From: a virus
Lineage: Duplodnaviria > Caudoviricetes
IMG/VR virus record: IMGVR_UViG_3300042361_000498
Reading direction: 5' to 3' (one strand)
DNA: 64,000 nucleotides
Within the stretch, counting starts at the first letter, position 1; every line of letters begins with the position of its first letter. A program made the translations under genes and the position numbers. Positions 54,224 through 64,000 of the stretch are shown in pieces. The notes under the pieces are model-generated. The model ran no database searches, was not told the origin of the DNA, and worked only from the letters and a program-made list of their open reading frames with translations.

Positions 54224-55462
54224 ATGACATTACAAAATTCAAGTGTTGTATCTACGCAAATAACACAAACAGGACCGATAACTACTAGCGTAAGTAAGGG
54301 AATGGGATTTGTATATAGTGTTATATTAGATGAAACACATCCTGCTATAAAAGATAGTAATGGTAATAGAAAAATATCATATATAGGAGCAATTGAATAT
54401 AGGTTTGCAAATAATGTAGCATCTGATGATGCAAATTTACCAATTGCATTTCCATTTGATAAAAATTTTAAAAATTTACCGGTTGTAAACGAAAGTGTTG
54501 AAATTTATCAAAATGGTAGTGTGTCTATGTATAGGCGTGTTGGACAAGATATAACACCAAATATAAATTCAGACCAAAAAGCTATAACAAAACATTATGG
54601 TGAAAAAACAAAATTAGATAATAAAGGTAATGATTATAATAAAGTACAAACCACTGGTATAGTTAAAACAAATGTAAACGAATCATTGCAATTAGATGGG
54701 TTTGGAAAATATTTTAAAACAGAAAGGGGAATACACAGATTAAAATTATACGAAGGTGATAGTTTGGTTGAAACACGGTTTGGACAATCTATAAGATTCT
54801 CTGGATACAATAATCCTAAAAATGTATTCTCACCAACTGTAATAATTAGAAATGGCGAAAGTCAGATAACAAGAAAAAAACCAATAACAGAATCTATATT
54901 AGAAGATATAAATAAAGATGGCAGTATCATTGCTATGACATCTGACCAATATGAGTTATCGTTTTTACCTGGTACTGTTAGTGAAACTGGTACAACTGAT
55001 TTTCAAACAGCTCCAACATCATTTCAACAATATCCATCTAAATTAATTGGTGACCAAATTCTAATCAATTCTGGAAGATTGATATTTTCTGCAAAAAGTG
55101 CGGAAATGATATTTTATTCTAAAAAGAATTATGGGTTTATATCAGATGGTGCCATGTCAATTGATAATGCATTGGGGATTGATGTTAGTGTGGGTGGTGA
55201 TATAAATGTATTAACTAACGATAGGAGTGTTCATTTATATACAGGAAATGGTTCTATTATATTGGGTAGTCAGGGATTAGAACCATTGGTAAAAGGACAA
55301 ACTTTAGTAGATATATTGGGTGAGTTAATAGATACAATTGTAGCACAACAATATCTAACTCCATCCGGCCCAACTAAAATAGGTCCTGAAAATGTACCAA
55401 AATTTGCATCTATAAAGTCAAAACTTAATTCAATGTTAAGTAAATTAAATCAAACTGCTTAA
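54224..55462 (+). CDS. Baseplate hub/spike (gp5-like) protein
   Basis: RFGQSIRF, QILINSGRLIFSAK, EPLVKG..L..IL..L; position before baseplate genes. Confidence 0.55.
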   Translation: MTLQNSSVVSTQITQTGPITTSVSKGMGFVYSVILDETHPAIKDSNGNRKISYIGAIEYRFANNVASDDANLPIAFPFDKNFKNLPVVNESVEIYQNGSVSMYRRVGQDITPNINSDQKAITKHYGEKTKLDNKGNDYNKVQTTGIVKTNVNESLQLDGFGKYFKTERGIHRLKLYEGDSLVETRFGQSIRFSGYNNPKNVFSPTVIIRNGESQITRKKPITESILEDINKDGSIIAMTSDQYELSFLPGTVSETGTTDFQTAPTSFQQYPSKLIGDQILINSGRLIFSAKSAEMIFYSKKNYGFISDGAMSIDNALGIDVSVGGDINVLTNDRSVHLYTGNGSIILGSQGLEPLVKGQTLVDILGELIDTIVAQQYLTPSGPTKIGPENVPKFASIKSKLNSMLSKLNQTA

Positions 55463-55466
55463 ATAT

Positions 55467-56042
55467 ATGGCAACGATAATTCAACCACCATTACCAAAAT
55501 TTGATACTACATCACTAAATGCGGATTTGGCTAATAAAATAAAAGCGCCTGAATTGCAAGAAATACCTGATGGTAGTGGTAATTTACGTTCTATGATAAA
55601 AGACCAATCTATGCAATTGGGTACTAATATAGAAGGTACTTTAGACCAATTTGGAGAAAACATAGAAGCCGAAGCAGAGAGAAAAGCTGCAGAATTAGAA
55701 GCTGCTGCAAAACAAATAGAAGCGGCAGCATTAGCAGCTGCTAAAATGATTGAAGAAGAATTAAAAAGAAAAAAAGAAGAAGCAAAGAAAGCAATTGAAG
55801 ATGCAAAAAAAGAAGCAAAGGAGGCATTTCAAAAAGCACTAACCGCAAAAGAACAGGCGGAAGATATGATAGCAAAATTACGTGGATTTAAAATACCCAG
55901 ATTAAAAAAATTAAAACCCATACCAACAAAAGATTTACCAGCACCTCCTCAATATGCTAAATATATGGATGCTGATGCAAAACGGGAATACGCCGAAAAT
56001 GCTAAAAGTTCGGCAACAAAAGGAGAACCACCAATAGTATAA
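55467..56042 (+). CDS. Coiled-coil structural protein
   Basis: Ala/Glu/Lys heptads. Confidence 0.55.
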   Translation: MATIIQPPLPKFDTTSLNADLANKIKAPELQEIPDGSGNLRSMIKDQSMQLGTNIEGTLDQFGENIEAEAERKAAELEAAAKQIEAAALAAAKMIEEELKRKKEEAKKAIEDAKKEAKEAFQKALTAKEQAEDMIAKLRGFKIPRLKKLKPIPTKDLPAPPQYAKYMDADAKREYAENAKSSATKGEPPIV

Positions 56043-56045
56043 ATT

Positions 56046-57110
56046 ATGTCTTGGGAAATATTTAAACAAAATATTGTAAGAATTTCAAATAGACCAGGTA
56101 GTATACCTGATATAGATACTGTGGCTAGGGCTTATGCAGTTGAATACGATGCTGCAATTAAAAGAGGATTTGATACTTTAAATAATATAGCAATTCAGCA
56201 AGGTGATGTTGCAACAATGGAAAGATTGTTTAAAATTGCTTTACAAAAAGGATTATCATCAACAGGTCCATATGATTTAGTTGGTGAAATGGGAAAGGGT
56301 GTAATTGCGTATTGGAGTGCACCAGGTGGGCCTGCTAGTATAGCTGATAATGCGGATGGTATTGATGCGGTGGAGGCTGAAGCAATTCAAACCGATATTA
56401 ATAGAGAATACCCAAAAACTCAATTAGAGTATGAAAGACAGTTTCCATCAAAAGAAGCCGCAATGGCAAATAATAGTAATGTTTCACCAAAAGAAGCATT
56501 AGATTCTGTAAACGATTTTAATAATGAAAAATCCCAAAGTAATGCTGATACTAAATTAGTTGGAAGGGGTGATACTGCATTATTTAATAAATGTGGAAAT
56601 GGAATATGGCCTGCATTGGGAACTGCTCCAAATTTTGAAATAAGAAGTATAGAAAATGCTGACTCAGATTGTCCTAGAAAATGGTACAAAACAAATCAAG
56701 AATATCTAACAAAAAATTGTACTCAAATAATGTTTCCAACTGCCAAAGGTAGTTCTAAAATATTAGTTCATAAAAATTTGGCAGCAATTATAAAACCCGC
56801 ATTAGAAGAAATAAAAGCAAAAGGATTGCAAAGATATATTGAAAATTGCGGAGGTGGGTTGGCTATTAGAAATGTAACTTGTGGTACTAGATTATCAAAT
56901 CATAGTTGGGGAACTGCGATTGATATGAATACGGGAATATACCCATATGGTGTAAAATTTAAATCAGATGGAATTTATAGTGGTAAGAAAAAACTTAGAG
57001 AACTTAATGAATTTGATAAAGGATTCCAACAAGTAGCAGCAATATTTAAATCAAAAGGAATGACATGGTTAAGTAATAATGACCCAATGCACGTTTCTAT
57101 ATATGAATAA
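56046..57110 (+). CDS. Virion protein with C-terminal M15-family peptidase
   Basis: R......RLSNHSWGTAIDMN...DPMHVS. Confidence 0.85.
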   Translation: MSWEIFKQNIVRISNRPGSIPDIDTVARAYAVEYDAAIKRGFDTLNNIAIQQGDVATMERLFKIALQKGLSSTGPYDLVGEMGKGVIAYWSAPGGPASIADNADGIDAVEAEAIQTDINREYPKTQLEYERQFPSKEAAMANNSNVSPKEALDSVNDFNNEKSQSNADTKLVGRGDTALFNKCGNGIWPALGTAPNFEIRSIENADSDCPRKWYKTNQEYLTKNCTQIMFPTAKGSSKILVHKNLAAIIKPALEEIKAKGLQRYIENCGGGLAIRNVTCGTRLSNHSWGTAIDMNTGIYPYGVKFKSDGIYSGKKKLRELNEFDKGFQQVAAIFKSKGMTWLSNNDPMHVSIYE

Positions 57111-57120
57111 TTATTAAGAT

Positions 57121-57957
57121 ATGGGAGCTATAATGAGAAACTTTCCAATACCACTTATACCAGCACCAGGCTCAACTGCCAATGTTGCTGTAATAAATAA
57201 TGTGGTTTTAAGTCCGGGAGTTTGGGGACCACCACAACCATCGGTAGGAGCAAGACAGGGAGATACTTTATCCGAAGAGGAAAAAGCTGGTGCACAAGAA
57301 GATTTGGATGTTGCAAAAAAAGATTTGCAAGAATTTCAAAATGACCCAACACCCGAAGGACAGGCTAAAGCACAAACTGCAAGAGAACAAATAGCATATC
57401 AATCGGAAAGATTGGGAAGTGGTGAGAATGCATCTTCATCGGATGTATCAAATGAACCAAAGCAAGAGATTATAGCAGATTTGCCACCTGATATGGAAAT
57501 AGGATTAAAAATAGTTCAATATGCTTTAAGAGATTTAGGAGTAACTGAAAATCCACTACCACCGGGAAAACCTGAAAATTCCGGTCCAAGAGTTTTACAA
57601 ATGTTAAAAGGTGTTGGATTTAATACACCCGCATATTGGTGTGCTGCTGCGGTATCTGCTTGGTATAAGAGTGCTGGTGCAAAATCACCCAATAGTGCAT
57701 CATGTGATGTTTGGATGAGTTGGGCAAAACGAAATGGATTGTTTAGTAGCAAACCTGCAATTGGAGCAGCTATTTTATATGGTAGTTCGGCAGATGCACA
57801 TCACATAGGAATTGTTGAGGCAATAAGTGGGGATAGAGTAACTACAATAGAAGGTAATACTTCTGGTGGTGGTTTTAGTAGAAACGGAGTAGGTGTATTC
57901 CGTAAATCAGCAAGAATTGCAAAAGCAGTTGGATTTGTATTACCAATAAAAAAATAA
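57121..57957 (+). CDS. Virion protein with C-terminal CHAP amidase
   Basis: YWCAAAVS, HHIGIVE, TIEGNT. Confidence 0.88.
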   Translation: MGAIMRNFPIPLIPAPGSTANVAVINNVVLSPGVWGPPQPSVGARQGDTLSEEEKAGAQEDLDVAKKDLQEFQNDPTPEGQAKAQTAREQIAYQSERLGSGENASSSDVSNEPKQEIIADLPPDMEIGLKIVQYALRDLGVTENPLPPGKPENSGPRVLQMLKGVGFNTPAYWCAAAVSAWYKSAGAKSPNSASCDVWMSWAKRNGLFSSKPAIGAAILYGSSADAHHIGIVEAISGDRVTTIEGNTSGGGFSRNGVGVFRKSARIAKAVGFVLPIKK

Positions 57958-57961
57958 TAAA

Positions 57962-58894
57962 ATGTCAGCAGTTAGACCTACGGATAATACTGGAGTAATA
58001 GTTGATGAGTTCATTCGTTATGCAACTCAACATTTAACTACTGTAACCGGCGTTATATCAACAACATCTTTATATCCACCTTTGGGTACACCCGGACCGG
58101 GTATTATAAATTGGACAGGTTATACAGTTCCCCCAGCAGCACCATCAATACCTATTGGTCAAGTTGATACATCTGCAATAGAAATGACACCTGAACAAGA
58201 AGCAATAGCTGAAAGAGCATCACAAAGGGGAGCTGATTTAAATTCTGCAACCGCAGCTGCACTATCTGGTGTGGAATATACAGGCGGTTCTTCTGGTGGA
58301 GGTGGTGGAGGTGGTAGTGATTCTGGCGGTGTAGTATCTTTATCCGCAGATAAATTGCCGGTTGATGGTGTTGAAAAAATACCTAATTACAAAACAAGTG
58401 TAAAAGTTCCACCCGAAATAGTTGTTGCTATGAGAAAATATGGAGTGGGTAGAAGTCCTTTGGAAAGAGCACACTTTTTAGCACAATGTGCTCACGAAAG
58501 TGGAGGATTTATTTATAGAGAAGAATTGGCAAGTGGAGCTGCATATGAAGGTAGACGTGATTTGGGTAATACACAACCTGGCGATGGTGTACGATATAAA
58601 GGTAGGGGATATATTCAATTAACGGGTAGAGCAAACTATACAAAATTTGGACCTGTTGCTGGTGGTGATTTTGTAGGAAATCCAAGAGTAGTTGCACAGC
58701 AATATTATGCTGATACCGCTTGTTTATTTTGGAAATCAAATAGTTTAGGTCCAAAATGTGTTAATTCATCGATTGATACTATTAAAGTTGTAACTAAAAG
58801 AATCAATGGTGGTTATAATGGATTGAACGATAGAGTAAGTAGATTTGCAGTTTATTGGAGAGAATTACAAAGAGACCCGACACTTTGGGCATAA
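57962..58894 (+). CDS. Virion protein with C-terminal GH19 lysozyme/chitinase domain
   Basis: HFLAQCAHESGGF, YKGRGYIQLTGRANY, TKRINGGYNG. Confidence 0.9.
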   Translation: MSAVRPTDNTGVIVDEFIRYATQHLTTVTGVISTTSLYPPLGTPGPGIINWTGYTVPPAAPSIPIGQVDTSAIEMTPEQEAIAERASQRGADLNSATAAALSGVEYTGGSSGGGGGGGSDSGGVVSLSADKLPVDGVEKIPNYKTSVKVPPEIVVAMRKYGVGRSPLERAHFLAQCAHESGGFIYREELASGAAYEGRRDLGNTQPGDGVRYKGRGYIQLTGRANYTKFGPVAGGDFVGNPRVVAQQYYADTACLFWKSNSLGPKCVNSSIDTIKVVTKRINGGYNGLNDRVSRFAVYWRELQRDPTLWA

Positions 58895-58949
58895 ATCCCA
58901 AAAATAAACAAATCAAATATTTATATTAACAACAACGAAAGATAATCAA

Positions 58950-59456
58950 ATGAATACGGATAAATTATTAAAAGCTATTCAAATTCTTATCAAAGAGGAG
59001 TTAAAACAACAACTCCCTGCTTTGATTAAAGAAGGAGTGAAAGCGGAAATGAAAAAGGTTTTAGCGGAAGGAAATACTAAACCACAACCTAAAAAAGAAA
59101 GTGAAGGATTTTCAATGGCTAAAGCAATATTGGGGAATGATACTATTAAGGAATCGGTTGAAACTAAAGTAGTAGAAACTAAACAATTTAGTAAAAACCC
59201 AATTATTAATCAAATTTTAAATGAAACAAGAGGTGGTATCCCACAAGGTGATGGTGGTTTTAGAACAATGAATTTTGGACAAGGTGATATGGGGTCTGTT
59301 GTAGGTAGAACTGCAGTAGCTGATAAAATGGGATATGGTGATTTAGCTAGAGGACCTCAACCAAGTGGATTAGGTGTTCAAACTGGGGTGCCTGAATTGG
59401 ATAAAGCATTGAACAGAGATTATTCAGAATTAGTAAAACGATTTAATAAAAAATAA
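58950..59456 (+). CDS. Hypothetical structural-region protein
   Basis: After the late motif at 58917. Confidence 0.65.
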   Translation: MNTDKLLKAIQILIKEELKQQLPALIKEGVKAEMKKVLAEGNTKPQPKKESEGFSMAKAILGNDTIKESVETKVVETKQFSKNPIINQILNETRGGIPQGDGGFRTMNFGQGDMGSVVGRTAVADKMGYGDLARGPQPSGLGVQTGVPELDKALNRDYSELVKRFNKK

Positions 59457-59878
59457 TGGCAGTATTATTAGGTCAAAGGATGGTTAAAGATACAATTGCA
59501 TATAACGATTATGCTATTGGTATTACATTGCCATTACAAATAGGAAATAATGCATTTAATCAATCATTTAAAACAATTGACCAAGTAAAAACAAATATTA
59601 AAAACCTTTTATTAACAAAAAGAAAAGAAAGAGTAATGCAACCGGAATTGGGTAGTGGCTTACAAGAATTACTTTTTGATTTTAATGATGACTTTTTAGC
59701 TGATGAAATAGAAGAAGTTATTACAAACAGTATGGAAAAGTGGTTGCCATACGTTACTATTGAAGAAATTGATGTTAGACAGACTGATGAATTTAAGGAT
59801 ACCAATCGTGTTGAAATTTCATTAACATTTAGTATAACAAATAATGTAGGTATGGAGACAGTAACCTTTACAGTATAA
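59456..59878 (+). CDS. gp25: Baseplate wedge subunit gp25-like
   Basis: NIKNLLLTKRKERVMQPELGSGL..LLF, KWLPYV. Confidence 0.9.
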   Translation: MAVLLGQRMVKDTIAYNDYAIGITLPLQIGNNAFNQSFKTIDQVKTNIKNLLLTKRKERVMQPELGSGLQELLFDFNDDFLADEIEEVITNSMEKWLPYVTIEEIDVRQTDEFKDTNRVEISLTFSITNNVGMETVTFTV

Positions 59879-59882
59879 AAAA

Positions 59883-61919
59883 ATGGCATTAACTACAATA
59901 AATAAGAATTTTAAAAACAAAGGAAAAGATATAAAATATCTAAATAAAGACTTTGCTGCATTTAGAGAAAACTTAATTGAATTTTCTAAAACATATTTTC
60001 CAAAAACATATTCTGATTTTAATGAAACATCACCTGGTATGATGTTTATTGAATTAGCATCGTATGTTGGTGATTCATTATCTTATTATGTAGATGATAC
60101 TTTAAAAGAATCATTAATGCCATACGCTGAAGATATTCAAAGTGTAATTGCATTATCTCAATTTTTGGGATATAAACCAAAAGTAACATCTCCAGCAATA
60201 ACAAATGTATCGGTATATCAATTAATTCCATCAATTGGAAGTGGTGTTAATAACAAACCAGATGAAACATATTTTCTTAGAATAAAAGAAGGTATGCGAT
60301 TACAATCTACTGAAAATGATATTTTATTTAGAACAACAGACGTAGTTGATTTTAATGATGAAAACAATAGAGAGATTACAATTTACGAAAGAGATGTAAA
60401 TACTGGAGAACCTACTTTTTATTTGGTTAAAAAATATGTACAAGCAATATCAGCTATCACATCGGAAAGAACATTTACGTTTGGAGCATATCAACCATTT
60501 CAATCAATAACATTAGATGAAACGAACATTATTCAAATATATGATGTTAGGGATTCGAATGGAAACAAATATTATGAAGTTCCATATTTGGGACAAGAAA
60601 TGGTGTATATTGAACAACCAACAACAGAATCAAATGATGCTGAATTATATCAATTTAAAACAACAGTTCCATATATTCTTAAAACTATAAAAACACCAAG
60701 AAGATTTGTAGCAAAAGTAAATCAAAATAGTACAACTACATTACAATTTGGAGCAGGTGACCCATCCGCATCGGATGAACAATTAATACCAAATCTTAAA
60801 AATGTAGGACTTGGTTTACCAAACTCAATTAGTAGATTGGAAGAATCATTTGACCCAACTAATTTTTTAAAAACAAAAACGTATGGAACATCTCCATCAA
60901 ACACAAGTATTATTGTTAAATATTTTGTAGGTGGTGGTATTAGTTCAAATATAGTTAAAGGTGATTTGACTAGAATAGTTGGAATAGAATATGAAGATGA
61001 TATTGATTCATTTACAAATGCACAAATAGCAACATATAATAGTATTAAAAATTCAGTAGCAGTTGATAACGAAATACCCGCAACAGGTGGTAGAGATGGT
61101 GAAACTATTGAAGAGATTAGACAAAACGCATTGGCAAACTTTGGTGCACAAAATAGAGCAGTAACTGCAAAAGATTATCAAGTTAGAGCATTATCATTAC
61201 CATCAAAATATGGTGGTGTTGCTAAAGCATTTGCAACTGCAGATGGTACATTGGATAATAATTCACCTGCTTCTATATTAGCATCACCAAATCATTTACA
61301 AGAGTTTACGGATTTGGTTATGAGTTTTGTTAATAAGCCTGATTCAGAAGAACCAACTATACAATCCGTTAAGCAAGATATTACAACATATTTAATTGGT
61401 AAAGATTCCAACTTAAAGGAAAAAAATAATCCGTTTGCAATTAACCTCTATTTGTTGGGATATGATTTAAACGGAAATCTTACAAATCTTAATAAAGCAG
61501 TAAAAGAAAATCTTAAAACTTATATGAACGAATACCGAATGTTGACAGATGGTGTTAATATAAGTGATGGGTATATTATAAATATTGGTGTTGAGTTTGA
61601 TATTATCATATATAACAACTACAACAAAAGTGAAGTACTTACTAAATGTATTACTGAATTGAAAGATTATTTTAATATAGATAATTGGACATTCAATCAA
61701 ACAATTAATTTAAGCGAAGTAGAATTACTAATAGCAAACGTTGAAGGTGTATCATCAGTACCAATGATGAAAATAACAAATAAATGTGGTGGAAATTATT
61801 CACCAAATTCATATAACGTAGATGCTGCAACTAAAGATAAAATTGTATATCCATCGTTAGACCCATCTATTTTTGAAATTAAGTTTCCGGATTCAGACAT
61901 TAAAGGACGAGTAAGATAA
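59883..61919 (+). CDS. Baseplate wedge subunit (gp6/baseplate J-like)
   Basis: YLNKDF, DFNETSPGMMFIE, ATGGRDGET.EEIR, QNRAVTAKDY. Confidence 0.85.
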   Translation: MALTTINKNFKNKGKDIKYLNKDFAAFRENLIEFSKTYFPKTYSDFNETSPGMMFIELASYVGDSLSYYVDDTLKESLMPYAEDIQSVIALSQFLGYKPKVTSPAITNVSVYQLIPSIGSGVNNKPDETYFLRIKEGMRLQSTENDILFRTTDVVDFNDENNREITIYERDVNTGEPTFYLVKKYVQAISAITSERTFTFGAYQPFQSITLDETNIIQIYDVRDSNGNKYYEVPYLGQEMVYIEQPTTESNDAELYQFKTTVPYILKTIKTPRRFVAKVNQNSTTTLQFGAGDPSASDEQLIPNLKNVGLGLPNSISRLEESFDPTNFLKTKTYGTSPSNTSIIVKYFVGGGISSNIVKGDLTRIVGIEYEDDIDSFTNAQIATYNSIKNSVAVDNEIPATGGRDGETIEEIRQNALANFGAQNRAVTAKDYQVRALSLPSKYGGVAKAFATADGTLDNNSPASILASPNHLQEFTDLVMSFVNKPDSEEPTIQSVKQDITTYLIGKDSNLKEKNNPFAINLYLLGYDLNGNLTNLNKAVKENLKTYMNEYRMLTDGVNISDGYIINIGVEFDIIIYNNYNKSEVLTKCITELKDYFNIDNWTFNQTINLSEVELLIANVEGVSSVPMMKITNKCGGNYSPNSYNVDAATKDKIVYPSLDPSIFEIKFPDSDIKGRVR

Positions 61920-62986
61920 TGATATATTTTTTAACAGCATCTAAAGATGCAACATTGTATTTACAGCAACCCAATCAAAATACTGGGCTTGATGAGATAT
62001 TGGAAATAAATAAAGTATATTATGGAAATATAAAAGATATAACCCATGCTTTACTTAAATTTGAAATGGGGTATCTATCATCTTCAATTGTAAGTGGTGA
62101 TGTATCAATGAGTAATGCAACTCTTATTTTGAGAGAAACCGAAAGTAATGAGATACCATTAGATTACACAATATTTGCAAATGCATTATCTGGCAGTTGG
62201 GAAATGGGTAAAGGTAATCGATTTGATGAAATTGAAACCGCCGGTGTAACTTGGAATTATAGAGATGGTGATAATAGTGTTGAATGGTTAGAAAACACTT
62301 TTAACACAAACACAACTGCTAGTGTAAATAATGGAACTGGTGGTACTTGGTGGACTAATTATCAGGCATCTCAAGGATATAGTTATCAAACTGCTGATAT
62401 TGAAATGGATGTTAAATCTATTTTAAGAGGATGGGTAAGTGGTTCTATTCCAAACGATGGTTTTATTTTAAGGAGAGATGTTGACAAAGAAAGAGATACA
62501 AATGATTACGGTCAACTTAAATTCTTTTCAAAAGAAACGCATACAATTTATCAACCAAAAATTAGAATAGGTTGGGATGACCAAAAAATTGTAACTGGTT
62601 CACTAACCGAATTAACAACCGAAGATATAAAAGTTAGTATATCTAATTTAAAGAAAGAATATAAATTAAATAGTATTCCAAAATTAAGAGTGTTGGGTAG
62701 AGAATTATATCCATTAAAAACATTTACAAGCACATTTGCATATAATGATGTTAAGTATTTACCCGAAACTACATATTATCAAATAAAAGATTTACATTCA
62801 AACGATGTAATAATCCCCTTTTCGGAATATTCAAAAGTAAGTTGTGATTCAATTGGTAACTATATAAATTTAAATCTTTCCAATTGGGAGGTTGATAGAA
62901 AATATAAAATAGAATTTAAAATAGATAGAGATGGTTCTATTTCTTATTTTGATGATAATATAATATTTGGTGTAATTAAGTACTAA
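61919..62986 (+). CDS. Probable virion structural protein
   Basis: DATLY...NTGLDEILE; follows wedge genes. Confidence 0.6.
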   Translation: MIYFLTASKDATLYLQQPNQNTGLDEILEINKVYYGNIKDITHALLKFEMGYLSSSIVSGDVSMSNATLILRETESNEIPLDYTIFANALSGSWEMGKGNRFDEIETAGVTWNYRDGDNSVEWLENTFNTNTTASVNNGTGGTWWTNYQASQGYSYQTADIEMDVKSILRGWVSGSIPNDGFILRRDVDKERDTNDYGQLKFFSKETHTIYQPKIRIGWDDQKIVTGSLTELTTEDIKVSISNLKKEYKLNSIPKLRVLGRELYPLKTFTSTFAYNDVKYLPETTYYQIKDLHSNDVIIPFSEYSKVSCDSIGNYINLNLSNWEVDRKYKIEFKIDRDGSISYFDDNIIFGVIKY

Positions 62987-62987
62987 G

Positions 62988-64000
62988 ATGATAAAAACAG
63001 GTTTACAAAATGAAGCAATAATATCCGAACTTTTAGTTAGTGGTTCGCAAATCATTGATACTAAAAATGATTTTGGAGTTTATATGTTTGAAGATAAAGA
63101 AACTTCGGATGGTATTGTATTTGGTAAATTACAAAAACCAAAATATAATGAAACAGAAATAATAAAATCAATTGATACAACTATTGTAGAATTATTACCA
63201 TTAGAAGTACCAAATTTACCAGAAACTGTTCTTAAATTTATCTATGATGCTAAAGTTGCGGAAGTTGCGGATTTGACGGAAAATATTAGAGAACTAAATA
63301 CTGAAATATCATCTTTAGAGGGAACTATAAGTGGTTTAGAAACCGAACTTGAGGCAATGAGAATTGATATGGATAATAAAGATTTGTTACTTGCGGTTGC
63401 GGAAAACAATGCACAACAATCAACAACTAAAGTTCAGAGTTCAATACAAGAATTACAAAACGCTATCCAAAGAGCAACTGCTGAATCTGTACAAAGAGTT
63501 TCGGCATATGCTAGAAATGAATCTTTAAAAGGACAGGTAACACAATATGAAGAGCAGGTAAGTACATCTACAAAACAAATAATTTCATTAAATGAATCAA
63601 TACGTCTGCAAAATAATACCATTTTTGAAAAGGATAGTGCAATAGATGCATTAAGTAGAGATAACTCCGCACTTCAAACAAATTTAATAAGAAGTACTAC
63701 CGCCAATAAGAAGGGAAAAATTATTTGTAACATGCTTTATGAGCAAGGATTTATACCTCAACACATATGGGCAGCAGATGAGGCATTTGGTGAGATGATG
63801 TTGAAAGAAAATAGACACGTTGCTATGGGTTACTTAATGTGGGCACAATCTGTTGTGGATTATTTTACTAAAAACTCACAATATTCTAAGTATCTATATG
63901 TAGCAGTTAAACCTTGGTCAGAACATATGGCACACATAATGGGTGTATTACCAAACGATAATTTAATTGGTAAAGGATTGCACTTTGTAGGTTGCCAATA
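62988..64000 (+). CDS. Coiled-coil virion protein with C-terminal GKIIC domain (truncated by window end; not in the track)
   Basis: Manually translated, open from ATG 62988 to the window end. Confidence 0.75.
   Translation, partial: MIKTGLQNEAIISELLVSGSQIIDTKNDFGVYMFEDKETSDGIVFGKLQKPKYNETEIIKSIDTTIVELLPLEVPNLPETVLKFIYDAKVAEVADLTENIRELNTEISSLEGTISGLETELEAMRIDMDNKDLLLAVAENNAQQSTTKVQSSIQELQNAIQRATAESVQRVSAYARNESLKGQVTQYEEQVSTSTKQIISLNESIRLQNNTIFEKDSAIDALSRDNSALQTNLIRSTTANKKGKIICNMLYEQGFIPQHIWAADEAFGEMMLKENRHVAMGYLMWAQSVVDYFTKNSQYSKYLYVAVKPWSEHMAHIMGVLPNDNLIGKGLHFVGCQ

Noticed and set aside
56319-57964. Hydrolase domains as self-splicing introns or inteins restoring one scaffold ORF
   Set aside because: Junction 1 fits U|...G| but junction 2 does not; no group I core or Hint motifs are visible, and each fragment has its own ATG and stop, so gene fission is simpler
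1-64000. CRISPR array, tRNA or rRNA genes
   Set aside because: No regularly spaced repeat-spacer units and no cloverleaf or T-loop context found by eye; GGTTCAA hits lie in Gly/Ser codons. A tRNAscan run is still advisable
1-64000. Stop-codon reassignment (as in some large phages)
   Set aside because: Long genes are intact in the standard code, and TAG/TGA occur as stops at tight gene junctions

Overview
AT-rich 64 kb segment of a large T4-like/myovirus-type phage genome. The host is almost certainly in Bacteroidota: 17 promoters match the -33/-7 sigma-A pattern (C/T)T(T/A)G-N20-TAnnTTT(G/A) with an exact 20-nt spacer, and the cargo genes are Bacteroidota-type. Layout: (i) 0.1-13 kb early region of promoter-headed cassettes, with a tandem array of 13 divergent small paralogues (MLTIxN / MKAPINF starts) and an RNA-repair module (phosphoesterase, kinase, Rnl1); (ii) 13-35 kb metabolic and regulatory genes (ClpS, an Oar-like TonB-dependent receptor on the minus strand behind a uORF plus terminator leader, SF2 helicase, dCMP deaminase, PhoH, 5'-nucleotidase, FkbM methyltransferase, HD protein, Hsp20, UvsE, ThyA, a motif-dead peptide deformylase homologue, a gp55-like sigma factor); (iii) 35-53 kb, an unusual block of exported and outer-membrane proteins (two CsgG-like paralogues, two dockerin/cohesin-like secreted proteins, one with a C-type lectin, two paralogous beta-barrels, two lipoproteins resembling free-standing T9SS sorting domains, a lipase, a TBDR plus beta-helix lipoprotein behind a Pho-box-like repeat, a glycosyltransferase); (iv) 53-64 kb baseplate module with three consecutive, different peptidoglycan hydrolases (M15, CHAP, GH19), gp25 and gp6/J-like wedge genes. 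No tRNA, rRNA, CRISPR array, integrase or transposase was recognised. All family calls come from motif recognition by eye, without database searches.
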